Below, piece by piece: positions 20,900-30,570 of a DNA stretch of 64,000 nt. The position numbers and the translations under genes are program-made. Every line of letters begins with the position of its first letter. Positions within the stretch are counted from its first letter, which is position 1. The notes below the pieces were generated by a model that was not told where the DNA came from, searched no databases, and saw only the letters and a list, made by a program, of their open reading frames with translations. Source of the DNA: Spirochaetae bacterium HGW-Spirochaetae-3 (lineage in GTDB: Bacteria > Spirochaetota > Spirochaetia > Treponematales > UBA12059). Location of the stretch: assembly GCA_002839315.1 (NCBI GenBank), contig PGXV01000009.1, forward strand, positions 130,202 to 194,201, read 5' to 3'.

Positions 20900-22179
20900 A
20901 CAGATGCCTCTCCGGCCCCGTCGGGCCTTATATGCAGGATAGTCGTAGCGCCCCGTCCGAATCGGGCGTCCATGAAATCGGCGTATTCCTCGGCCCTGTC
21001 AACCGCGACGTAGGCCTGTATCGTACCCGCGAAGCCGCCGCCGTGCACCCTGGCCGCGCCCTTCTTGCCGATGAAGGCGGTGGACAGCTCTATGGCGACG
21101 GCGAGCGACTGGTCCCTGCCGGCGTTCGGCGGCATCACGTTCTGGAGCAGCCTCCATGAGGAGTCGCCGGAGCGTTTGACCAGCTTCAGGTATTTCTTGA
21201 TCTTGCCGTCGCCGAGGGCCTTGGCCATGGCCTCGGCGCGTTCGTTCTCGTTGACGAAATGGATGGCCCGGAGGAGCGCGCGATCCCCGGCTGCCTCGCG
21301 TATCTCTGACGACTTTCGCATCAGCTTGTCCAGGGACAGCTTGCGGAGGCTCGGCAGGCCGAACAGCTCGGCTACGGCGCGCATCTCCGCGGGTATCGCC
21401 GCGTACGCGTCGGTCAGGTCGGCATGGCTGCCCCCGGCGTTTACCACCGCCAGCGCGTAGCCCGCCTTCTCGAAGTCGAACGGGACGCGGGACCAGCGCG
21501 GCTTTTCGGGCCGTCCGAAGTCTATCGCGGAGATGCCGCCGAGCGCGCAGGCCATCTGGTCCATCAGCCCGCAGGGCTTACCGAAATAGAGGTTCTCAGC
21601 TTCCTTGCCGACCATCGCCATCTCGGCCGGCGGCAAGCCGCCCCGGTTGTACAGCGTATTCTGTATCTGCCCGAAAAGCACCTCGACGGCCGCCGAGCTC
21701 GAGAGGCCCGAGCCGGCGGGCACGGCGGACGTCATCCGGCCGGAGAATCCGCCTATCGCGCCCCCGCGCCGCGATATGGCCGCCGCGACGCCGCGGATAA
21801 GCGCCTCGGGCTTGCCCCGCTCCGAGGGCCGCGGCTCGAGATCGCCCAGGTCGACGCGGAACGGCTCGTCCCAGCCCTCCGAGTACAGCTCGACGGTCGG
21901 CTCGTCGCGGGGCGCCACGCAGGCGAGCGCGTCGAGGTGGACGGCGGCGCAGAGCACCCTGCCGTCGTTATGGTCGGTGTGGTTGCCGCCGAGCTCGGTG
22001 CGTCCGGGACTAGACACGAAGGTCAGCTCGGGGGCGCCGAAGGACGCGAGCGTCAGCTCCGCCAGCCGTTCCCATCTAGCGACCTCCGTAGAGACGCGGG
22101 AATCGCCGTACCAGCGCGCGAGCAGCTTCCTGCCATCCCGCGAGCGGGGGAATTTGAAAAGGGCGTCTGGATCGTGCAC
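20896..22179 (-). CDS. galK: Galactokinase (GHMP kinase)
   Basis: PGRTELGGNHTDHN, GSGLSSSAA, KPCGLMDQ, RVHGGGFAG. Confidence 0.9.
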   Translation of the reverse strand: MHDPDALFKFPRSRDGRKLLARWYGDSRVSTEVARWERLAELTLASFGAPELTFVSSPGRTELGGNHTDHNDGRVLCAAVHLDALACVAPRDEPTVELYSEGWDEPFRVDLGDLEPRPSERGKPEALIRGVAAAISRRGGAIGGFSGRMTSAVPAGSGLSSSAAVEVLFGQIQNTLYNRGGLPPAEMAMVGKEAENLYFGKPCGLMDQMACALGGISAIDFGRPEKPRWSRVPFDFEKAGYALAVVNAGGSHADLTDAYAAIPAEMRAVAELFGLPSLRKLSLDKLMRKSSEIREAAGDRALLRAIHFVNENERAEAMAKALGDGKIKKYLKLVKRSGDSSWRLLQNVMPPNAGRDQSLAVAIELSTAFIGKKGAARVHGGGFAGTIQAYVAVDRAEEYADFMDARFGRGATTILHIRPDGAGEASV

Positions 22180-22262
22180 GGTTCCTCCTGGGACGCGGCG
22201 CGCGGCGCGCGAAGTCGATGAACGATAGCACGGTTTCGTCCCTTGGGAAAGCGATGCGGACG

Positions 22263-22297
22263 CGGAGAGGGCCGCCCCCGCGGGACGGCCCTCTCCG
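22263..22297. terminator. GC-rich hairpin downstream of the small ORF
   Basis: CGGAGAGGGCCG / CGGCCCTCTCCG inverted repeat; no clear U-tract. Confidence 0.55.
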
Positions 22298-22327
22298 TAT
22301 CGACTTTATCTATCAGGCGTTGCGGCT

Positions 22328-22522
22328 CTAGGCGGACTGCTCGTATATGTACCCGGTTCTCATGCAGGTCTCGAACAGTTCGCGAGTCATGAACTCCTCG
22401 CTGACGTCGTCCCAGTCGTCCCGATGCCTGACGATGCGTACGACGTACCCGTCCTCGATCTCGCTCATCAGCTCCAGCATCGAGGGCGTCCGATCCGTGC
22501 TCTTTATTGAAAAGGTCTTCAT
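22328..22522 (-). CDS. Small hypothetical protein (64 aa)
   Basis: GGAGG RBS, host-like codon usage, hairpin downstream. Confidence 0.75.
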   Translation of the reverse strand: MKTFSIKSTDRTPSMLELMSEIEDGYVVRIVRHRDDWDDVSEEFMTRELFETCMRTGYIYEQSA

Positions 22523-22720
22523 CGTGATCCTCCGATCGACGCGCTAGCGTCCATGACTATAGTTTCGGCGTTTCCCGGCGAGGGTTTAGGCTTTGTTGCC
22601 CCGCGCGCACTGGACTATCGCGGCCGCGACGCAGTATAGTCTCCGTATTCCGCGGGACCGGCTCCCCATCGTCGATTCGTTTCCCGCGGGTCCATACGTC
22701 CCCTACTATTAAGGATACCG

Positions 22721-24583
22721 ATGCCTTCTCCTACCTTCGCCGACTTCGGCTTCTCCGCGCCCGTGCTCGAGGCGCTAACCAAAAAGGGCTTCGAAGAGCC
22801 CACGCCCATCCAGGCGCTCGCCATCCCGCTCCTGCTCCATGGCACGGCGCACCTCGTCGCCCGCGCGCGCACCGGCACCGGCAAGACCGCCGCGTTCGGC
22901 CTGCCGCTCGTAGAGAAGCTGTCGACGCCGGGTCCCAAGGTCCGCGCGCTGATACTCGTGCCGACGCGCGAGCTGGCCGTCCAGGTCGCCGGCGAGATAT
23001 CCAGCTTCGCGCCGGGCCCGACGCCGCGCATCGCGACGGTCTACGGCGGCGCGTCGATGGGCGAGCAGCTCCGTCGGCTGTCGCGCGGCGTCGATATCGT
23101 CGTCGGCACGCCCGGCCGCGTCATCGACCATATCGACCGCAAGACCCTCGACCTGTCCGGGCTGGAATGGCTCATCCTCGACGAGGGCGACGAGATGCTC
23201 GACATGGGCTTCATCGAGGATATCGAGAAGGTCATGGACGCCGCCAATCCCGACCGGCGCGTCGTGCTCTTCTCGGCGACCATGCCGTACGCCATAACGC
23301 GCATCGCCCGCGAGCGGCTCGGCACCTTCGAGACCGTCGAGGACACGACCAATCCGGTGCAGGCCGGGCTGACCGACCAGATATGGCTGGAAGTCCGCGA
23401 GCGGGACAAGCTCGAGGCCCTGTGCCGCATCGTCGACGCGGAGGACGAGTTCTACGGGCTCGTGTTCTGCCACACCAAGATAGAGACCGACGCCGTGGCG
23501 CGCGCGCTGTCCGAGCGCGGCTACGCCGCCGAGGCGCTGCACGGCGACGTGTCCCAGGACATGCGCGAGCGCACGCTCGGCCGTTTCCGCGAGAAGAAGA
23601 CGCTCGTCCTCGTGGCGACCGACGTCGCCGCGCGCGGCATAGACGTCGAGCGCCTGACCCACGTCGTCAACTTCAACCTGCCGTTCGATCCGGAATCGTA
23701 TACGCACCGCATCGGCCGTACCGGCCGCGCCGGCAACAAGGGCACGGCGATCACCTTCGTGACGCCCGAGGAGTACCGCCGCCTGTTCGCTCTCAGGCGC
23801 GCGTCGGGCGACGGCCTGCACAAGGGCACCGTGCCCTCCGTCTCCGACGTCATAGACGCCAAGCGTTCCCGCATCATAGCCAAGGCCTCTGAGGCGGCGC
23901 GCGAGGTGCTCGGGTTGGAGCTCCCGTCGCACGTCGACGAGAGCGAGGCTCAAGAGGAAGGATCGACCGAAACCGGCGGATCGTCCGCTGACGAGGCGCC
24001 CGAGAACGAGGCGCCCGAGGGCGATGAGCCCAAAGCCCGGTCGAAACCGAAGGCCGTAAAGAAACCGAATCCCAACGTCGCGGCGTTCTACGCGCTGGCC
24101 GACGAGCTGCTGGTATCGTTGCCTCCCCGGGAAGCGCTCGCGTCGCTGGCCGCCGCCGCGTATTCGGGCGACCTCGATCCCAGCCGCTACGGCGAGGTGC
24201 GCGACGTGTCCGTGGATACGGCCGCCACCGCCCGGCTCTACGTCGGGATAGGCAAGCAGGACGGCGCCTGGCCCAAGGACGTCGCCGCGGTCGTCAAGCG
24301 CCTGACGGGGCTTCCCGACCGGCTCATCGACGACGTCGAGGTCCTAGAGCGCTTCTCGTTCGCCAGCGTGCCGTTCGAGGCGGCGGAGAAGGCGATAGCC
24401 GAGGCCAGGAAGCAGCGGGGCGCGCCGCCGGTGCGCATAGCGACGCCCAAGGGCGGCCCCGGCGGTCCCAAGCGATCGTACGGGCCCAAGGGCGGCTACG
24501 ACAAGCCCCGTCCGTACCGCCCCCGCGGCGTAGGCCTCGGCGATTCCGGCAAGCCGTACCGAAAGCCGCGCCCGGCGAAGTAG
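22721..24583 (+). CDS. DEAD-box RNA helicase (DeaD/CsdA-like, DbpA-type C-terminal domain)
   Basis: Q motif, TGTGKT, PTRELA, TPGR, DEGD, SAT, ARGID, HRIGRTGRAG. Confidence 0.95.
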   Translation: MPSPTFADFGFSAPVLEALTKKGFEEPTPIQALAIPLLLHGTAHLVARARTGTGKTAAFGLPLVEKLSTPGPKVRALILVPTRELAVQVAGEISSFAPGPTPRIATVYGGASMGEQLRRLSRGVDIVVGTPGRVIDHIDRKTLDLSGLEWLILDEGDEMLDMGFIEDIEKVMDAANPDRRVVLFSATMPYAITRIARERLGTFETVEDTTNPVQAGLTDQIWLEVRERDKLEALCRIVDAEDEFYGLVFCHTKIETDAVARALSERGYAAEALHGDVSQDMRERTLGRFREKKTLVLVATDVAARGIDVERLTHVVNFNLPFDPESYTHRIGRTGRAGNKGTAITFVTPEEYRRLFALRRASGDGLHKGTVPSVSDVIDAKRSRIIAKASEAAREVLGLELPSHVDESEAQEEGSTETGGSSADEAPENEAPEGDEPKARSKPKAVKKPNPNVAAFYALADELLVSLPPREALASLAAAAYSGDLDPSRYGEVRDVSVDTAATARLYVGIGKQDGAWPKDVAAVVKRLTGLPDRLIDDVEVLERFSFASVPFEAAEKAIAEARKQRGAPPVRIATPKGGPGGPKRSYGPKGGYDKPRPYRPRGVGLGDSGKPYRKPRPAK

Positions 24584-24621
24584 GATCGAGCCGAGCCGAG
24601 CCGTGCGGGCTCGGCCTGGGC

Positions 24622-25428
24622 CTAGGCCAGGGCGAGCGCCTTGTCCATGGTGGCCTGGAGCGTCTTGCGGATGAAGGCGCGAAGCTTGATCCGCTTGTCG
24701 TCGTTGACGCTCGCCGGTTCGAACATCAGCACGGATATCGACCCTACGCCCTGCACCTCGGTGTTGCCGACGACGACGCCGTTGACGATGACGCGGACGC
24801 CCTTGAGGTTGAGCTGCAGGTCCTTGAGCCTGGAGCCCGCCTTGGGCGTCGCGCACCCGACGAAGACGGCCGACAGGCCCACGGAGCTCAGGTCCCGTAT
24901 CCAGCCGCGCAGTACGCCCTCGTCGGTCGCGCAGCTGAAATCGGTGGCGTCGGGGGGGCAGGCCGCGCGTACGTACCGCCTGCGCCCGCGGGCCTCGTTG
25001 GCCTCCAGCATGCGCAGCAGTATCTCCGTCGTCTTGGCGGCGCCTATCTTGACCACGATGAATCCGCATTCTATGCCGAGGTCCATCAGGTAGTAGCCGC
25101 GCTTGTCCTCGTCGTCAAGCATCGTGATGACGCCGAACGCCGCGGCCCTCGAAGCCTCGTCGTCGCGGATCGACTTGACCCACGCGCGCCAGACGTTCTC
25201 GTCGTCGCCCTCGTCTATGTTGACGAAGGTCAGGCACTCCGGCTCCTTGCGCAGGAACCGGGCCAGCTTCGCGTGGTCGCGCGTGGCGTATACCTCGAAC
25301 TCGGCCTCGGCCAAGGCCGTCGCGACCTCGCCTATTACCGGCGGCGGATTGAGGAAGAATACTTTTTTGCCGAACGCGCTCTTCCCGAGCCCCGTTGGGG
25401 CGGCGGCCCGGCCGGATTCGTTTTCCAT
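24622..25428 (-). CDS. PilZ-domain c-di-GMP receptor
   Basis: RxxxR (RRYVR) and DxSxxG (DLSSVG) motifs. Confidence 0.8.
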   Translation of the reverse strand: MENESGRAAAPTGLGKSAFGKKVFFLNPPPVIGEVATALAEAEFEVYATRDHAKLARFLRKEPECLTFVNIDEGDDENVWRAWVKSIRDDEASRAAAFGVITMLDDEDKRGYYLMDLGIECGFIVVKIGAAKTTEILLRMLEANEARGRRRYVRAACPPDATDFSCATDEGVLRGWIRDLSSVGLSAVFVGCATPKAGSRLKDLQLNLKGVRVIVNGVVVGNTEVQGVGSISVLMFEPASVNDDKRIKLRAFIRKTLQATMDKALALA

Positions 25429-25479
25429 GGGACAAAGAGTATCGCCGCGCGGGACGAAGCGCAAGCGTCGCCCGAGCGC

Positions 25480-25998
25480 CTAATCCAGCCGGCGGTACCC
25501 TCGCGCCTCGCGCGCCAGCCTGACGTACTCGCGCGCGTTCGCGAGGTTGTGCTCGTATTCCTCGTCGCTTACCTCGCGCACGAGCCGGGCCGGGCTGCCC
25601 ATGATCATCGACCTGGCAGGGAATCGCTTGCCCTGGGTGACGAGCGACCCCGCGCCGACGATGGAGCCGGGGCCGATCTCCGAGCCGTTCAGCAGTACGG
25701 CGCCCATGCCTATGAGGCAATCGTCGCCGACGACGCAGCCGTGCAGTATCGCGCGGTGCCCCACCGTGACGTTGTCGCCGACGATGCAGGGGACGTCGAC
25801 GTTAACGTGCACGACCGTACCGTCCTGCAGGTTCGACCCCGCCCCTATCCTGACCTCGGCGATGTCGGCGCGTACGGTCACGCCGAACCAGACCGACGAG
25901 CCCTCGCCAATGACGGCGTCGCCGGCGACCTCCGCGTTCCACGCGACGAACGCGTCCGGGGCCACGACCGGCTCCGCGTCGCCGATAGCGTGTATCAT
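25480..25998 (-). CDS. Gamma carbonic anhydrase family protein
   Basis: Hexapeptide repeats; RAD, NLQDGTVVH, VGHRAILHGC. Confidence 0.93.
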   Translation of the reverse strand: MIHAIGDAEPVVAPDAFVAWNAEVAGDAVIGEGSSVWFGVTVRADIAEVRIGAGSNLQDGTVVHVNVDVPCIVGDNVTVGHRAILHGCVVGDDCLIGMGAVLLNGSEIGPGSIVGAGSLVTQGKRFPARSMIMGSPARLVREVSDEEYEHNLANAREYVRLAREARGYRRLD

Positions 25999-26179
25999 GA
26001 GTCCCTCCTCGCCTCCGGGAGGCGTACCTCCCCGGGCGCTCCAGTATCGCCGCCGTGGCGAACCTTGTCAAAACCCGCGAATTCCGGGATTATCGCGCTA
26101 TGCAAAGAAAAAAAATCTTTTAGGCTACGCATCGACGCCATACGGTCGATAGGATATACTAGGTGCTTAAGGAGAATCG

Positions 26180-27409
26180 ATGTTGTCCGAGGCGAGCGAA
26201 GTACAGCAGATTATCCAGATCGACTCCGAGCTGAACAAGATACGCGACTACGACATCCTGCTCGAGCGCGTCCTCCTGGAGGCGAGGCGGGTCGTCCACG
26301 CCGACGCCGGTTCCATCTACGTTAAAGAGGGCGACGTCATATCGATCAAATTCGCCCATAACGACACCAAGCAGAAGAGCCTGCCCCCGGGCGAGAAGCA
26401 GGCGTATCCGCACTTCAGCATCCCGATAAACGACCAGAGCATCTCCGGCTACGTCGCGATGACCGGCGAGCTCCTGAACATCCCGGACGTCTACAACCTG
26501 CCCGAGGGGTTGCCGTTCAGCTACGCCACCGCGTACGACGCCAAGGTCAACTACAAGACGACGTCGATGCTCACCGTACCGCTCAAGAGCCAGAACAACG
26601 TGGTCCTCGGCGTCATCCAGATCATCAACGCGATGGGGCCCGACGGCGAGGTCGAGGCCTTCACGAAGCAGGACGAGTCGCTCGTCACCCATTTCGCCGC
26701 CAACGCCACGGTCGCCCTGCAGCGGGCGTACATGACCCGCGCGATGATCATACGCATGATACGCATGGCCGAGCTGCGCGATCCCAAGGAGACCGGCGCC
26801 CACGTCAACCGCGTAGCCGGCTACGCCGTCGAGATATACGAACGCTGGGCGTACAAGCACGGCGTCGAGAAGGACGAGCTGGACAAGAACAAGGACCTCC
26901 TCAAGCTGGCCGCGATGCTCCACGACGTGGGCAAGGTGGCCATCAGCGACTTGATACTCAAGAAGCCCGCCAGGTTCACGCCGGAAGAGTACGTCATCAT
27001 GCAGACGCATACCTGCTCCGGCGCGCGGCTCTTCGACGACCCCCAGTCCGACTTCGATACCATAGCCGCCGAGGTCTCGCTGACCCACCACGAGAACTGG
27101 GACGGCACCGGCTATCCCGGCTGGGTAGACCCGGTATCGGGCGAGGTGCTGCGGAAGGACGCGGAGGGCAGGCCGGTCAAGCGCAAGGGCGGCGAGATAC
27201 CCCTGTGGGGCCGCATCGTCGCGATAGCCGACGTCTACGACGCGCTTATGTCGCGTCGCGTCTACAAGGAAGCCTGGGACGAGGACGCCGTGCTCGCCGA
27301 GATACGCTCCTGCTCCGGCACTAAATTCGACCCTGAGCTGATCGAGGCGTTCTTCGACGTGCTGCCGCGCATACACGATATACGCGAGCGCCACCCTGAC
27401 GAGGAATAG
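26180..27409 (+). CDS. GAF + HD-GYP cyclic-dinucleotide phosphodiesterase
   Basis: GAF domain; ETGAHVNRV, LHDVGK, HHENWDGTGYP, AIADVYDAL..RVYK. Confidence 0.92.
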   Translation: MLSEASEVQQIIQIDSELNKIRDYDILLERVLLEARRVVHADAGSIYVKEGDVISIKFAHNDTKQKSLPPGEKQAYPHFSIPINDQSISGYVAMTGELLNIPDVYNLPEGLPFSYATAYDAKVNYKTTSMLTVPLKSQNNVVLGVIQIINAMGPDGEVEAFTKQDESLVTHFAANATVALQRAYMTRAMIIRMIRMAELRDPKETGAHVNRVAGYAVEIYERWAYKHGVEKDELDKNKDLLKLAAMLHDVGKVAISDLILKKPARFTPEEYVIMQTHTCSGARLFDDPQSDFDTIAAEVSLTHHENWDGTGYPGWVDPVSGEVLRKDAEGRPVKRKGGEIPLWGRIVAIADVYDALMSRRVYKEAWDEDAVLAEIRSCSGTKFDPELIEAFFDVLPRIHDIRERHPDEE

Positions 27410-27422
27410 TCGCGCCCTTCGG

Positions 27423-27524
27423 GCACGGCGCGCCAGTAGGCACGTCGCGCCGGTAGGCACGTCGCGCCGGTAGGCACGTCGCGCTAGTAAGCACGTCGCG
27501 CTAGTAAGCACGTCGCGCTAGTAA
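27423..27524. repeat. 17-bp tandem repeat x6
   Basis: GCACGTCGCGCCGGTAG-type x3 then GCACGTCGCGCTAGTAA x3, between convergent genes. Confidence 0.9.
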
Positions 27525-27539
27525 GCGCGGTCGCCTCGG

Positions 27540-28670
27540 CTACTCCGGGAGCCCGCCGTCTTCGTCGTCCGGCGCCCGCCGCCTTGCCTTGCCGTACAGC
27601 TTCCCGAAGATATCGACGCTCGAGAAGAACATGACGATGAGGATAGGGCCCAGGATCAACCCGTTTACCCCGAACGCCTCTATGCCGCCTATTATCGAGA
27701 TGAAGATAAGCAGGGGGTGTAGCTTTATGCGCGAGTGGAGCAGCAGCGGCCGTACGAAGTTATCCAGGCTGGATATGAGGACGGCGCAGAGCGCGAACAA
27801 GAGGACGGCCTGCGCCAACGGCCCGGTGGCCAGGCGCAGCAGCACGACCGGGAACCAGACGATGCTGGCGCCGGCTATGGGCACGATGCTAGCCACGGCG
27901 CACATGAGCGCCAGCGGGATAGGGGCCGGGACGCGCATGATAGAGAACACGATGAACGCCATCACCCCCTGGAACGCGGCCATGAGCGCGTAGCCTATGA
28001 CGAGGTCCCTGCCGGTATCCCTGAACTTGCGCATGAAGCCGACCGTGTACGCGTTGCGCAGCGGTATCGCGTCCATGAGCATCAGCATCAGCTCCTTGCC
28101 GTCTACGTACAGGAAGAACAGCACGAACGCGAAGAACGCCAGCTGCAGCGCTAGCCCGGCGACGTTGCGGATGGCGCCGGCCGACAGGCTTATGATCCGC
28201 TCGGCGTAGCCTCCGAGCAGCGACGACGCCTGTCCGGCCAGGTCGACGCCCCCCGCGTCGATCGCGCCCCCCGATATCTCGGAGAGCCTCGCCGCCATGC
28301 GCGCCGCGCCGTCGCCCCGGAAGAAGCGCTCGCCCTGGGCCAGCAGGTCCATGGCGACGCGGAACAGCTCCTTGAGCTGGCCTATCATGGCCAGGGACAG
28401 CAGCGCGACCGGCAGGACGATCAGCGCCATCGAGCCCACGGCGAAGCCGGCCGCCAGCAGCGAGCGCGCCTTCCTGCCGCGCGGCCCGCCGCCCTTGCGC
28501 GTCGCGGCCATACGGTACAGCGGTTGCGTCAGCCCGTATACGACGCTGGCCCACAGCAGGATAGAGAAGAACGGCCTGACCAGCACGGCTATCATCGCGA
28601 AGAGCGCCGCGAACAGCGCGAGGAAGAGTATTCGCTGGACCTTGATCCCCTCGGAGTTTTCCTTGACCAT
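27540..28670 (-). CDS. AI-2E family transporter
   Basis: Multiple TM helices; IPIAG..IVWFP, DNFVRP, LHPLL, FGVNGLILGP. Confidence 0.9.
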   Translation of the reverse strand: MVKENSEGIKVQRILFLALFAALFAMIAVLVRPFFSILLWASVVYGLTQPLYRMAATRKGGGPRGRKARSLLAAGFAVGSMALIVLPVALLSLAMIGQLKELFRVAMDLLAQGERFFRGDGAARMAARLSEISGGAIDAGGVDLAGQASSLLGGYAERIISLSAGAIRNVAGLALQLAFFAFVLFFLYVDGKELMLMLMDAIPLRNAYTVGFMRKFRDTGRDLVIGYALMAAFQGVMAFIVFSIMRVPAPIPLALMCAVASIVPIAGASIVWFPVVLLRLATGPLAQAVLLFALCAVLISSLDNFVRPLLLHSRIKLHPLLIFISIIGGIEAFGVNGLILGPILIVMFFSSVDIFGKLYGKARRRAPDDEDGGLPE

Positions 28671-28776
28671 CGATATGCCCCCGGTCGACTCTAGCACGAC
28701 TAGCCCCGCCGCGCCATGTTACCGGCGCGACGCGCCATTGACCGACGGCGGGCGTAATTATTACTATCGTCCCACT

Positions 28777-30564
28777 ATGATTACCCCAGACCAGCTACGA
28801 ACCAAATATCTGGACTTCTTCAAGTCGAAGGACCACGCGGTCATCTCCGGCAAGTCGCTGCTGCCCGAGAACGATCCTACCGTGCTGTTCACCACCGCGG
28901 GCATGCACCCGCTGGTGCCGTACCTGCTCGGCGAGAGCCATCCCGCCGGCAAGCGCCTGGTCGACTACCAGAAATGCGTGCGCACCGGCGACATCGACGA
29001 GGTCGGGGATCCCGCGCACCTGACCTGCTTCGAGATGCTCGGCAACTGGTCCCTCGGCGACTACTTCAAGAAGGACTCCATAGCGTACTCGTGGGAATTC
29101 CTGACGTCCGGGGACTGGCTGGCGCTCGACCCGCGCAAGCTGTCCGTGACGGTGTTCATGGGCGACGACAACGCGCCGCGCGACGACGAGTCGGCGACGC
29201 ACTGGAAGTCCGTCGGCATGCCCGATGACCGCATCGCCTACCTGCCCGCCAGCGACAACTGGTGGGCGGCCGGCCCGACGGGTCCATGCGGCCCCGATAC
29301 GGAGATATTCTACTGGGTCGGCGACGGGCTCCCCCCCGCGGGCTCCAACAAGGGTACCGACCCCGCCAACTGGATGGAGATATGGAATAACGTCTTCATG
29401 CAGTTCAACCGCGTCGACGAACGGACCCTGGTCAAGCTACCCGCGCAGAACGTCGACACCGGCATGGGCCTCGAGCGTACCGTCACCGTGCTCAACGGCA
29501 AGACGAGCGTCTACCAGACCGAGATATTCCAGCCCATCATAGCCGCGATCGAGCACGTGTCGGGCTACGCGTACGGGACCGACCCGGCCAAGGACGCTTC
29601 CGTGCGCATCATCGCCGACCACGTCCGCGCGTCTACCTTCATCATAGGCGACCCCAAGGGCGTGTCCCCGTCCAACGTCGGGGCGGGCTACGTCGTCCGC
29701 CGCCTGATACGGCGCGCGGTGCGCCACGGCAAGAAGCTCGGCATAGAGGGCTCCTTCCTCGCCGGCCCCGCGATGATAGTCATCGAGCGCTTCGGCGGCG
29801 CCTACCCCGAGCTCGTGGAGAACCGCGCCCGCGTGCTCAAGGAGCTGGAGCGCGAGGAGGCCAAATTCCTCGAGACCCTGCAGAAGGGCGAGCACGAATT
29901 CGAGAAGATGCTGCCCAACCTGCTGCGCAACCCGCAGAAGATCATGTCGGGCCGGCTCGCGTTCAAGCTGTACGACACCTACGGCTTCCCGATAGAGCTG
30001 ACCGACGAGCTCGCCTCCGAGAACGGCATGAAAGTAAACAGGCCCGAGTTCGACGAGGCCTTCAAGAAGCACCAGGAGCTATCGCGCGCCGGCGCCGAGC
30101 AGACCTTCAAGGGAGGCCTGGCCGACCAGTCCGAGCAGACGACCAAGTACCATACGGCGACCCACCTCCTGCAGAAGGCGCTGCGCATGGTGCTCGGCGA
30201 CCACGTCGCGCAGAAGGGCTCGAATATCACCGTCGAGCGCATGCGCTTCGACTTCGCGCATCCCGCCCCGATGACGGCCGACGAGGTCGCGCGGGTGCAG
30301 GCCATCGTCAACGAGCAGATAGCCCGCGACCTCCCGGTGACGATGGAGATGATGGGCCTCGAGGACGCCAAGGCCTCGGGCGCGACGGCGCTGTTCGGCG
30401 AGAAGTACGAATCCGTCGTCAAGGTATACACGATAGGCGACTTCAGCAAGGAAGTCTGCGGCGGCCCCCACGTGGAGCGCACCGGCCTCCTCGGGAAGTT
30501 CGTCATCCAGAAGGAACAGAGCTCGTCCGCCGGCGTCCGGCGCATACGGGCGGTCCTGGAGTAG
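28777..30564 (+). CDS. alaS: Alanine--tRNA ligase (short form without C-Ala domain)
   Basis: DPTVLFTTAGMHP, FEMLGNWS, DTGMGLER, editing HTATH and CGGPH; 595 aa from MITPDQ. Confidence 0.97.
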   Translation: MITPDQLRTKYLDFFKSKDHAVISGKSLLPENDPTVLFTTAGMHPLVPYLLGESHPAGKRLVDYQKCVRTGDIDEVGDPAHLTCFEMLGNWSLGDYFKKDSIAYSWEFLTSGDWLALDPRKLSVTVFMGDDNAPRDDESATHWKSVGMPDDRIAYLPASDNWWAAGPTGPCGPDTEIFYWVGDGLPPAGSNKGTDPANWMEIWNNVFMQFNRVDERTLVKLPAQNVDTGMGLERTVTVLNGKTSVYQTEIFQPIIAAIEHVSGYAYGTDPAKDASVRIIADHVRASTFIIGDPKGVSPSNVGAGYVVRRLIRRAVRHGKKLGIEGSFLAGPAMIVIERFGGAYPELVENRARVLKELEREEAKFLETLQKGEHEFEKMLPNLLRNPQKIMSGRLAFKLYDTYGFPIELTDELASENGMKVNRPEFDEAFKKHQELSRAGAEQTFKGGLADQSEQTTKYHTATHLLQKALRMVLGDHVAQKGSNITVERMRFDFAHPAPMTADEVARVQAIVNEQIARDLPVTMEMMGLEDAKASGATALFGEKYESVVKVYTIGDFSKEVCGGPHVERTGLLGKFVIQKEQSSSAGVRRIRAVLE

Positions 30565-30570
30565 CGTCAA

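Noticed and set aside
27423-27524. Mini-CRISPR
   Set aside because: The 17-mers are contiguous with no spacers.
28777-30564. AlaRS truncated by the repeat insertion
   Set aside because: It ends at GVRRIRAVLE, the normal end of the editing domain; short AlaRS forms lacking C-Ala are known.
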